From NCBI GenBank assembly GCA_001275005.1, contig JWZX01002518.1:1-45360 (forward strand): 45,360 nucleotides of DNA. Reading direction: 5' to 3'. The notes beneath the pieces were generated by a model. That model was not told where the DNA came from and did no database searches. It saw only the letters and a list, made by a program, of their open reading frames with translations. Of the stretch, positions 28,195 to 38,900 are shown in pieces. How positions within the stretch are numbered: the stretch's first letter is position 1; each line of letters starts with the position of its first letter. A program made the position numbers and the translations under genes. Origin of the DNA: Chrysochromulina tobinii. Taxonomy: Eukaryota.

Positions 28195-29276
28195 TTGCCT
28201 CCCTCATCAGGGCGATGGAGACACTCCCCGACTTCAAGTTCTGAGCCGGCGGAGGCGGTGGCGCCGACGTTCAGAGCCGCCGCCTCTGGTGGCCTCTTCA
28301 CCAGTGGCGGCAGCAGTGGCGGCGGCGCGTGCTGCGCGCCTCGCGTCCCTTGAGCGGGCGACGGCGCGCGAGGGCCGGCGGAGAGGTCGCCTCTTATGTC
28401 GTACAGTTGTAGAGAGAGGGCGAGCGAGGAGTGGACAGCGGCACCGCGTGCCGCATGATAGGTTGGAGCACGCCGAGGGGAGAGGGCGCGTGCCATGGGG
28501 CGCGCGATGCGCACGACGAGATGCGCGCAGTGGCAGCGCGTGGGCCGACGAGCGAGCGGAGCGGGGCTGGCGTGGCATATCTGGCAGGAACAGAACGTGC
28601 CGTGCGGGAACGGCAGGATTATGTGGCGCGATCCCGTCCGCCGCACATGGCGTTCATTCTGCGCGATCTCACTTTTTCAAAACCGAACCAGTGAGCCAAA
28701 ACATGGTACATGCAGAAACACGGTACACGGGGCACGCAGTTGGATGGGACTGTTCCGTGTTCGGACTGAGAGCCCGGTAGTTGCGCACGATTTGATTCGA
28801 ATTCCGGTCGTTGCTCGTTCGCCGCCCCGGACGCCCGGACGAGGTGCCAGGGAGCGCTCCAGGTGGCGCGGAGGCGCCAGGCGGCGGAGCCGCCGGAGCG
28901 CTCCTGGCTCCGGTCGTCTGCGAGTGATCGAGTGTTGGGCCGTTGGCGTCGACGTAACATTAAGTCTTCTCTGTGCATCACACTTGTTAGGGATGTTAAG
29001 TTTAAGTAATAGTCAGCCCCGAGCATGGCCCCGAGAGCTGGCGCCTTGTGAGCGCCGATTGGCCGAATTCTCGATTAAACTTTACGCTCGAAATTCCGTC
29101 GACGAGCGTCGAGCCCGCACGTTGTTCATCCGTGTTCCCGTTTCACGTCTCACGTTAAAACGCGAAGCCGACACACGAGTCTGATTATTCTCGAGCTCCG
29201 TCTCGTACTCTTCCAGTTCCACCTTCCAGAGCGGGGGCTTCTCAGAAGGTTCCAATGCGTGCCTTCTGATCGGCTC

Positions 29277-31929
29277 CTAGGCGCTGTAGTCCCTGCTGGA
29301 TGGTAGTCCCTGCTGCTCTTTGACCATGAGCTGCGCGACCATCTTCTCGAGCTCTCGCACTTGCTTGTCGATGGCGGACTCCCGCTTCTGCAGCTTCTGA
29401 CGCTCGCTGTCGAGCTCCGCTAGCGCCGCAGAGGCGACCTCGCCGCCGCCGCCGCCGCCGCGCCCGCTGCTGCCGGCGCCCGCGCCAACCTCGAAGGGTG
29501 AGGCGAGAGAGGGCCAGGCGCCGAGGTCTTGGCTGGGCTCGGCCAGGCCAAAGAGGCCGGGCATGAGCCACTCGAGCCGACCGTTGGCCGCGAGCCGTTT
29601 GTCTTGCAGCCGAATGACCAACTTGCGAACCCAGCTCACTTGGAGGAGCAGCGCGGCGCCCGCGCGCTCATCGAGGGCCTTGATCTCCTTGACGACCATT
29701 CGGAGCGCCCAGTAGCGCAGCATGCCGTGCCGGAGCAGGTCCTCGAAGACAAACTCGGCGAGCTCGGCGCGCGCATACGGCCGGCGCTCGAGGAGGGCGT
29801 ACAGGTCTTCCTTATTTAGGCTGAAGAGTTCGCAACGCGTGGCGGCGCGGTAGGCAAGCTCCGCGGGCGCGTTGCACAGGATGTGCTCGCCGAGGAGGGA
29901 TCCTTTAGCTACGATGGGGAAGAGGACGCGCTCGCCAAGTGACGAGCACGCGGCGACTGTCCCTTTGGAGAGGAAGAAGAGGTCGGCCCCGCGAGCGCGC
30001 TTGGGGACGATGAGCGAGGGATGGTGGGGCACCGACGCCTCGTACATGAGCGGCTTGAGGAGCGGATGGACCTCGAGCTGAAACTCGACCGTCGCGTACG
30101 AGCAGTACTCGATCGAGAACATGGGGATCTGTGCGGCGGTCTTCTCGAGCAGGTACGAGATCACCTCTCGCTGGAGGGCCGGCGCTAAGTTGGCCACGAT
30201 CGCCTCCTCGTCCATCGCGGACTTGCGCATGTAAAAGTAGTCGAAGTACTTTCGAACGCGCGCCGCGAGGTCGGGGCCCATCCGGTGCCATCGGGTGAAG
30301 TCCTTGATCTCGGCGAACTTATCATCGAGGACGACGGCGTTCTTGTCGAGCGTGTTCACGAGCTCGCCGATGGCGGAGAGCATGTAGCCGAAGACGAGCG
30401 CGCCGAGCAGCAGGGTGCCGAGCGCGTACCTGTGGGGAAGAGGTGGGGGCGTCGTGGTGAGCATGTAGCCGAAGACGAGCGCGCCGATGAGGAGCGAGCA
30501 GAGGACGTACACGCGCTCCGTGTTGTTCGTGGGCACGATGTCGCCGAAGCCGACGGTGGTGAGGGTCGTGAGCGCCCAGTAGACCGAGTACAGGTACTTG
30601 ACCGACGTGGGCTTGGTGAGGCCCGAACCGCCGTCGTAGGACGTAAGCCATGTCTTGTCGTGCTCGCCCGTCGAGGCGATGAAGTACCAGAAGCAGCCGA
30701 GGATGTGCATGAGGTAGACGAGGCCGGCGACCATCTGGACGATCTTGAGCAGCTGCATCGACGTGACGAAGGCGTCCTCGAGCTCGTCGATGATGCGCTG
30801 CACCTTGAGCAGCTTGAGCATGCGCAGCAGGCGCACCATACGCAGCGCTCGCAGCGCCGTCGGGTCGAAAGCCGAGTCGCTCACGCCATAGTGAGCCTCC
30901 GAGTCGCTCGCACCTCCAGCCTCAAAGAGCCCAAAACGCGGATCGAAGATCTCGACCGGGAAGGACGAGAGCGCGTCGATCACGAGCCACGTGCGTGCGT
31001 AATTGGTCGCGATCATCCAACGGTCGATGACCCAAAACGAGCCCGCGAGGTAGGCCGTGTTGAAGTTGAAGCACAGGTCGATGCAGAAGCAGATGGTCAC
31101 GCCGAACTCGAACCACCACATGTGGCCCTCCGCGTCGGCGCTGCGGCGTCGCGCGCGGCAACAGGGCGAGGGGAGCGAGGGGAGCGGGGGGAGCACGTGA
31201 GGCAGGATGGGGCGGCGCGCTGATCGCGCTTCGTGATCGGGTCGGGCATTCCGATGGTCACCTCATTCCGATGCGGAAGGGCACCACCACGCACGAGTAG
31301 ACGATCAACCAGAGGACAAGCAGGTCCCACAGCTTCTTGGCTGGCATGCCCGGGAACCAGACGCCCAAGCGATGGTGAGGGCCCGGCTCGTCCCACTTGT
31401 CCTCGGCCACGTAGGTGGCTTCGAGCCGCTCTGCGAGGAGCTTCTCGTTCGCCGACTTGGGCGCCGCCGTCTCGCCCGACCGCATGCGCCGCGCCGCCGG
31501 TCGCAATGCGCCAGGCTCGGGCTCGGACATGGCCTCGCGGCTGTCGTCCCAGCAGCCGCTGATGCGGCTGCTCACGCCGCGCAGGCCGAACACGCTGAAG
31601 AAGCAGACGGCAAGGGCGAATACAGTCGTCGACAGCGCACGCCACAGGTGCTCGAGCGCGAGCCATGCATGCGTGCTGGCTCGCGGGCCGAGAAGCTGGC
31701 GGCGCTTGGCTTTCGCGATCAGCTTGTTCTTGCGCGAGCGCTCCTGCGCGACCTCATCGGCAAGCCGCTCGCACTCGGCACGCGCAGCCACGAGCTGAAG
31801 CTGAAGCTGCTGCTGCTCAGCGCCCGTCATCGAGCTCCGGGCCATCATTTGCAGTTCGACGGCTTCGCCAAGGGTCCTGAGGCGCTCCAGCCGCAGCCGC
31901 TTCTGTGCCTGCGCCTCGAGGTCGGCCAT
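29277..31929 (-). CDS. Voltage-gated K+ channel with cyclic-nucleotide-binding (homology) domain, KCNH/EAG-like. Exons 31929..31262, 31140..30511, 30429..29277.
   Basis: S1 WDLLVLWLIVYS, S4 RALRMVRLLRMLKLLK, pore YWALTTLTTVGFGD, C-linker, CNBD-like region and C-terminal coiled coil. GT-AG introns 31141..31261 and 30430..30510. Confidence 0.88.
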
Positions 31930-32147
31930 CGCGCCGCCCACTACCGCAGAGGAGGAGCGGATGGTTTTTTTCGAGGCAAACTCGATATTTTTGGCTTTTT
32001 TTCGAGACAAACTCCGGCGGCATGAATAAGGAGGATGCTGATGAGGATTCAGACATGTCTCTCGCCTATTTGGCCAGTATTTGGCCTCCAAACTTTTCGG
32101 TCGTCGGGCGCTCAGGAACGCGCCGCTCAATCAAGGACACACATAAA

Positions 32148-33494
32148 ATGCTGCGCGGGGTGCGATTATTCGCGGAGCCCGCATCTACCGCCGGAGCCCT
32201 TGCAGTCGCTGACCCGTGTGTGTGATCGCCGCCGCAGGCCCGTGCACTCAACTCCTCGCCGGCCACGCGGCAATTTGTCCGCCGGCTCAACCTTCATGAG
32301 GTTAGCATCGTCGCCGTCCTTCACAATCAGCAAGAGAACCTCCTTTCGCCCGCGGTCGCCATCGCTGACAGTAGGCCCCTGGTGCCCGCGTGTGCGCAGT
32401 ACCAAAGTGCGCAGCTGATGGCCTCCAAGGGCGTGAACGTGCCCTTCGGCATCCCTGCCAAGTCGGTCGCCGAGGTGTGCTGCAGCCACCATCATTGCCG
32501 CCTCCACTGCTGCCGCCGCCGCCGCCGCCGTCGCCGCCACCGCGCGTCTGCAGCGTAGCGCACGGCTGCTCTCCGATCGCTGACGGGTCCGTGCGCTTGG
32601 GTGCCGTGGCGCCGTGCTCGCAGGCGGTCGCGGCGGCCAAGCAGATTGGCGACGACGAGGTCGTCATCAAGTCGCAGATCCTGGCGGGCGGCCGCGGTCT
32701 GGGCACCTTCACCAACGGGTTCAAGGGTGGCGTGCACGTGATCAAGTCGGCGGACGTGGCCAAGTACGCGGACAAGATGCTCGGCCAGACGCTGGTCACC
32801 AAGCAGTCGGGCCCCGCGGGAAAGCCCGTCGACACGCTCCTCATTGCCAAGAAGATGAAGCTCGTGCGCGAGATGTACTTTGCTATCATGCTCGACCGAA
32901 CGACGATGGGCCCGCTGATCATCGCGTGCGCCGAGGGCGGCACTTCCATCGAGGACCTCGCCGAGAAGTACCCGGAAAAGATTGTCAAGGTGCCCATCGA
33001 CATCAACAAGGGCATCACCGATGAGCAGGCCATGAAGGTCGTCACGGGCATCGAGGCCAAGGGCGACAAGAAGAAGGCAGCGGAGCAGATCAAGGCGCTG
33101 TACAACCTGTTCCGTGAGTCCGACTGCACGATGGTCGAGGTCAACCCCCTCGCTGAGGATCCGGAGGGCAACCTGATCGCGGCGGACGCTAAGATCGGTT
33201 TCGACGACAACGCGGCCTTCCGGCAGCCTGCGATCTTCGAGCAGCGTGACTGGACGCAGGAGGACCCTCGCGAGGTCGCGGCGAGCAAGTGGGACCTGAA
33301 CTACATCGGGCTCAACGGTAACATCGGGTGCATGGTCAATGGCGCGGGCCTCGCGATGGCCACGATGGACATCATCGCCGCGTACGGAGGCTCACCGGCC
33401 AACTTCCTCGATGTGGGCGGCTCGGCGAAGAAGGAGCAAATCTCGGCCGCGTTCAAGATCATCTCTTCGGACCCGTCGGTCAAGGCGATCCTCG

Positions 33495-33526
<32 letters not shown>

Positions 33527-33706
33527 GTGATCGCCGAGGGCGTGATCGCCGCCACAAAAGAGGTCGGCCTCAAGATCCCGCTCATCGTACGCCTCGAGGG
33601 GACCAATGTCGAGAAGGGCAAGGCGCTCATCAACGCGTCCGGCCTCAACATCATCTCCGCCAACGACCTCGATGACGCCGCAAAGAAGGCCTGCGCCGCC
33701 TTGTAG
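32148..33706 (+). CDS. sucC: Succinyl-CoA ligase beta subunit, mitochondrial. Exons 32148..32159, 32238..32300, 32400..32474, 32624..33706.
   Basis: Spliced N-terminus MLRG|ARALNSSPATRQFVRRLNLHE|YQSAQLM. KSQILAGGRG, EVNPL, GCMVNGAGLAMATMD, PANFLDVGG, NIFGGIM and VRLEGTN motifs. Three phase-0 GT-AG introns. Confidence 0.96.
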
Positions 33707-34075
33707 AGAGGCGGCTCGTCCGCGGCGCCAAGGCCGGCCCTGGATGGGCGGCGCACGGCGCACACGTGGACCGCTTCTGTAGCGCGCACGCTCCTTCGCT
33801 GCCGCGTGCCGGTGGGTGCGGAGGGGCGTTACGCACCGCGGTTCGAATGCGCCTGCGGCGGGGGTCATCTGTCGAGGTTCCGGTCTGGGGCGCGCGGTGG
33901 ATGCGCGATTGATCGGGATGCAACCTACGCGCGAAAGGAGACCACAGCGCGCACAGGCGACGGCCGACGCGCCGACGGGCCACGTGAGTCCGCTTGATGT
34001 AATAAGACCTCTGTGTGACGAGTGAATTTTGGTGCTAGCAGTCCCTGGGCGCCCCCTTCTGCCAATTTCACCGAT

Positions 34076-35587
34076 TCAACACGGCATCGGCGTTGCAATC
34101 TCACCCGGCCAGACTGACGGGCGGCCACCCGCGGCCCGTCGTGCCGCAGCGCTGCCTGGGCGAAATCCCGTCCCTCGGCCAAGACGGCCACCCTCTCCTT
34201 GACCCTCTCCTATGCTCGCCCGACGGAGCAGATCCTCGTGAGCCGCAGAGCGCGCCAGCTCAGCAGCACGCCCAACATCATTCGCGCGTGCTTCCTGCAG
34301 CAGGGCCTGAGGGCGAGTCGGCGGTGGCTCAGCGGCCGGCGGCGGCACGAACTCACTCCCGAGAACCGACTTGCCAGTCAGAGCGGCGGAGGCCACCTGA
34401 TGGCGAGACTCGTTGCGCTCGATGGCTTGTTGCGCGAGCGCGAACGCGCGCGGGTCGACGCGACGTGCCTCGGGAGGGCACGGGTGGTTCGCGCGCGGGT
34501 TCGTGTGCCCGGAATGGCGCGCTTGCGGGTCGGTGCGACGCAGGCGGTGATCGGTGGCGCGGCTCGACATGTCCGCAGCCACCGCGACGGAGGCGTCGAG
34601 GAAGCCGTCGCCACGAGCGCCGCCCGGCGCACGCTGCCCTGGCCCCTGGGCAAGGATCACCTCGGCGAGCGGGCGCACGGTCACGTACTCAAACGAGCGT
34701 CGGTGGCGCGCTAGGTACGGGTCGGTTGCGGAGGGCTCCGGCAGTCGCAGCGCCGCGTTGGGCGGCCAGTCTGCCGTCTTGGGCCACGGCGTGTGGCGGA
34801 GCGCCGTCTCGAGCGGGTGGCCGCGGCGCGAGTAGAAGCCGTTGGCGGCGGACGGCCACTCCTGCGAAAACTGCCTCGCCTCGTGCTGCATGTTGGCCGT
34901 GCGTGCGAGGAGCACCTCGACAAGTGAGGTCGCCTCTGCAACTGTGGCTGTGCCCGAAAGTGTGCCTTTGGCTGCGCCCGCGTGCGAGGCGAGTGTATCC
35001 CGGAGGCCAATCAGGTCGCACGCCTCCATGGCCACGCGGATGGCCGCCTCGCTCGCCGCTGCGTTCGGCTCGGCCTTGGCCTTCGACGCCGCCTCAAATG
35101 CCCTATCGCTCACCTCGCTCGGCAGCACGGTCCACGGCGCCGGCTCGGGCTCGGGCCGGCGCCCCTGTGGGAACTCGTGCGGCGTGAAGGCGACGTGGTC
35201 GGCCGTGTTCACCTGCCTCCAGCCCGCGCTCGGCCAGCACTCGTACTGGAGCCACGCCTCGTGCCTCATGTCGGCTGTCCACTGCTCGGGTGGCCAGTCG
35301 GGCCCAGTCGCGCCGCCGTGCATGGCTCGGCTGGTTGGCTTCGGCCACGGCCGTCGAAACGGCGTGGATGGCGTGAGAGGATGGCCACGCCGCGAGTAGA
35401 ATGCGTTCTCGGCAGTTGGCCACTCTTGCTCCTTGAGCCACGCCTCGTGCCTGTCGTTAGTCGTCGAGGCCAGCAGCTCGTCGTGAAGCGCCTGCGCAGC
35501 CGCGAGCTCTTCGGAGCCAGCCGCTGCTTCGCCGTGCGTCTTCAGCGCTGGGAGCGGTGCGCCTGTAAAGATCGCGGGGTCGTCCAT
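34076..35587 (-). CDS. Hypothetical protein with an internal Trp/Pro-rich repeat
   Basis: ~500-aa ORF, first ATG at 35587. Two copies of HEA..QEWP.A.N.FYSRRGHPL...PWPK...DWPP plus one partial copy. Confidence 0.6.
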   Translation of the reverse strand: MDDPAIFTGAPLPALKTHGEAAAGSEELAAAQALHDELLASTTNDRHEAWLKEQEWPTAENAFYSRRGHPLTPSTPFRRPWPKPTSRAMHGGATGPDWPPEQWTADMRHEAWLQYECWPSAGWRQVNTADHVAFTPHEFPQGRRPEPEPAPWTVLPSEVSDRAFEAASKAKAEPNAAASEAAIRVAMEACDLIGLRDTLASHAGAAKGTLSGTATVAEATSLVEVLLARTANMQHEARQFSQEWPSAANGFYSRRGHPLETALRHTPWPKTADWPPNAALRLPEPSATDPYLARHRRSFEYVTVRPLAEVILAQGPGQRAPGGARGDGFLDASVAVAADMSSRATDHRLRRTDPQARHSGHTNPRANHPCPPEARRVDPRAFALAQQAIERNESRHQVASAALTGKSVLGSEFVPPPAAEPPPTRPQALLQEARANDVGRAAELARSAAHEDLLRRASIGEGQGEGGRLGRGTGFRPGSAAARRAAGGRPSVWPGEIATPMPC

Positions 35588-35697
35588 TGCCGTTATCTTC
35601 ACACAGGCGCAATTACATCCCTCATCAAGGGGCTGTCCCAGGCGCGCGCCTGGCTGCCCCCCCGCTCTGTGGGGAAACGTAAAGGCCTGTTATCTTC

Positions 35698-35763
35698 AAG
35701 TCAAGTCAAGTCGAATGGTTGTCTGTTGTTTACGCCGCTTTATGAATAGACTTGACTTGACTT
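35698..35763. mobile_element. 66-bp MITE-like element
   Basis: Perfect 15-bp terminal inverted repeats AAGTCAAGTCAAGTC (35698-35712) and GACTTGACTTGACTT (35749-35763), an AT-rich core, and flanking direct repeat ATCTTC (35692-35697, 35764-35769). Confidence 0.65.
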
Positions 35764-35915
35764 ATCTTCAAGCTCCCGCAGGTACGCAGGTGTGGATGTG
35801 TTCAGTAGGTGTGTATGAGGGCTCTCCCCCTCACCGCGACAAAACTGACTGAGAACAGAAATCTATTCTCGAGAAATCTATTCTTGAACACGAAGCACTG
35901 ATTCTGATTTTGAAG

Positions 35916-38900
35916 ATGTCAGATAAGCCATTCGAGACAGAGACATTGATCGAGGCCTTCCAAGACAATGCAGCACCCTCTTCTCCGCAACATGGCGCAG
36001 TCGTGCCTGTGGACGACCTAATGATTGTTGCTTATCATAATGAGAGCGCCCCCACCACGCCAAAAGACAAGCCAACTGATCCAGCCAGAAAGCCCGAAGC
36101 GCCTGCAAAGAAGGCCCCCGCGCCCGCGCGCACGCGCACTGCTGTTTTACCTGATGCTCGCTTTCCAACTGGTGCGCGCGCGGCAGCAAAAAAGGCCTCC
36201 GCGCCGGCGGCAAAGAAGGAGCCGGCAACCGAGATGCCAGCCACACCAATGGTCGGCACCTCCCTCGCAAACCACTTTGGCATGCCGTACTTGCCGCTTC
36301 AGATGGTGTGCTCGGCGATCAAAACCGGTAGCCCCGAGGAGATGTTGACAATCGGCCGGAAGGCCCGCCTGATCGCTGGCGAGGGCTCCGTCATATTCAT
36401 CCCGCCCGAGCTCTACGCGCTCGGCTGGGCCGCCAACACCTTTGCGAACCGCGTCGAGACGGTCAACGACGCGGAGGCCATCGACGTGGCGCAACTCTTC
36501 GCGATCCCCCCCAAGGAGGTATATAGCTACGGCTGCTTTGGCCGCAGGAAGGTGCGGGTGTTTCCGAATGTGGTGCCGGAGACGCACGTCCGGATGACGA
36601 ACGCGAGCTCGGACCGCGCCATCCTCGCGCTGCGAGACGCGCTCCGGCGTGGTAACGGCGAGACGCTCCTCGCCTTTGGGAAGCGCGTGGAGGAGGAGTG
36701 GGCGATCGGCTACCGTAACGTGCCGGATCTGCATGCGCTCGTCTGGTCGTGTCACATCCTGGGCGAGCGCTGCTTGAAAGGCGACTTTGGTTCGTCAATG
36801 ACTCCCGAGGAGGCGGCCTTCCTCGCGAGACTCGAGTCCATTGTCCAGCGCGTGCACAACCTTGAAACAGGCGAGGAGCAGGTGGCTCTGGCCAGATGGC
36901 ATGCGCAGGTCACGCAGGCACTCGCGGATATGGAGGCGTCTCCGGCGTCGGACGGGCTGCCGGAGGCCTTCGTGTCGCGCAATCACCTCCGCGCGCTGCC
37001 TGCTCTTGCGGCGGTGCTCAAAATGGACGACGAGGGTTGCGCCAAGATTGCGTCGATCGAGGCGATGCCCCTCACGTCCGAAAAGATCATGGCGCTGCTT
37101 GACACCGACCATTCGAAGATGCTGGATGAGGAGGAGCTCGTGGTCTTGGAGCTCGCCCTCAAGCCCATCTTCATCCTCGAGACTTGCGTACGCCACGCGG
37201 AGAAGCAAGCCAAGGCCGGCAACCCGCCGGGGTCCCTCGCGTGTCGCTTCGTGGCCGATGGTGCGATCCTCCTCGAACAGCGCAAGATCGAGCGAGATCT
37301 CATTGAGGGCGTCATCGAGGCCAACGGGCCGACGCTCATCGCCAATCTCGCCGAGCTCGAAGCCAAGCCGAAGCTGGCGCAGCGTGTAGCGCCCGAGCTT
37401 GTGCCCCTCGCACGCCAGACGATCGTACGCTTACAGGTCGAGGAGGAGCTCTATGCCGGCGTGCAAGAGCGCGTGCGCGCCAAGTGCGTGGCTGCTCTCG
37501 AGCGCGTCGGCAAGGGCGATGCGGGAAAGTGCGTCTCACGAGAGCTCCTTGAGGGGGCGCGAGCTATGGTCGAGAAGCTCGACCTCTTCTTCGAGTGTGC
37601 GAAGGCAGTCGATGCGGCTGACGCCGATGGGCTCAAGGCCAAGATTCACGACCTCATGTCCGGCTGGTGGATGAACTCGGACGCCGACGACGGCGAAATC
37701 CAGTATACTGGTAGCCCGAACTGGCTGCTCGCCGATAAGACCCAGCTGCAAGTATACAAGGTGGCACTCAAGGAGCTGACCGTGCTGAGCTCGATCCGAA
37801 AGTACATGGAGCCGCTCAACGCCGCCCAGCTGCAGGCGTCCGTCGACGTGGCGCTCGAAGTGAAAATAAACGACCCGCTCGTCGACAAGGCGATTGAGCT
37901 TCTCAACGCTCTCGATCGCGAGACGCGCTACGGTGAGTTTGCGCACCCGCTCACCGCCGGTGGTCCGTACGAGGGCGGCTCGTGGCTAGTCAACCCACAG
38001 TTCTGCCTGACCTTTCCTGCCGAGGTCGAGTCGCACACGTGCAAGCTCTCCATCATCATGATCGAGGGCGGCAACAACTCAGACTTCAATTATTTTGAGG
38101 ACTTTGGGCTGCATCTCGTCCAAAACCCCGCGGGCAGCCTCGCCGAGGAGGTCGCACCCGACCACAAGGTCGTCGCCAAGACTGAGTACGATTCCGAGAC
38201 GTCGATCCTTGTCCTCGAGGCCCTTCCAACCGGTGATGGCGCCAGGTACTACATCGTGCCCTCGACCAAGCTTGCGAGGGAGGTGGGGCCCTTCACGATC
38301 AAGATCCTATGCGAGACGCCTGGCGTGAACATGGACGTAGAGGCCGTCGTCAAGATGGGCGATCTCGTCCTTGAGGCGATGCGCAAGGACGATTTGGTCG
38401 AGCTCGAGCGGCTGCTCAACCTTGTCCAGGAGCGCAAACTCCAGCACGTGCATGCGACGAGGGGACTTCGGTACCTTGCGCGCCGCAAGAAGGAGATCAA
38501 ACTCACCAAGGCCTGCGAGGACGCCGACCCGGACCATTCGGGAGAAGTGGAGCTCAGCGAGCTCAAAGGCCTCGTAGGCGGCACCGCCGACCTCGCGGCT
38601 GCTTTCCAGGACGGCCTTGCCGATGCTGCGAGCCTCAGCGTACCGCCGTCGCTCATCGAAAAGTCGAAGGCCTACCTTGCGCAGCTCCTCGCGCTGCCGC
38701 CTTTGGTCAAGGCGTCCGAAGACAAGGACTGGCAGGCCCTCGACGCTGCCATCCACGCGGCGAGGGAAGGCCACCTTCCTGAGCGGATCATCGAGCCCTA
38801 TATGAAGGAGATGCTCCTGCTGCGCGCGGAGGTGCGTCTGCGCGCGTGCCTCGCCCGGGGCGAAGACGGATTCCCTGAGCTGCAGTCGTGCTATGACGCC

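Noticed and set aside
28154..29184. ORFs downstream of TOP1
   Set aside because: No motifs. Best explained as 3' UTR or intergenic sequence between convergent genes.
33800..33865. tRNA suggested by GGTTCGAAT
   Set aside because: Flanks do not form a T-stem, and no acceptor, D or anticodon arms are evident. It lies in the sucC 3' region.
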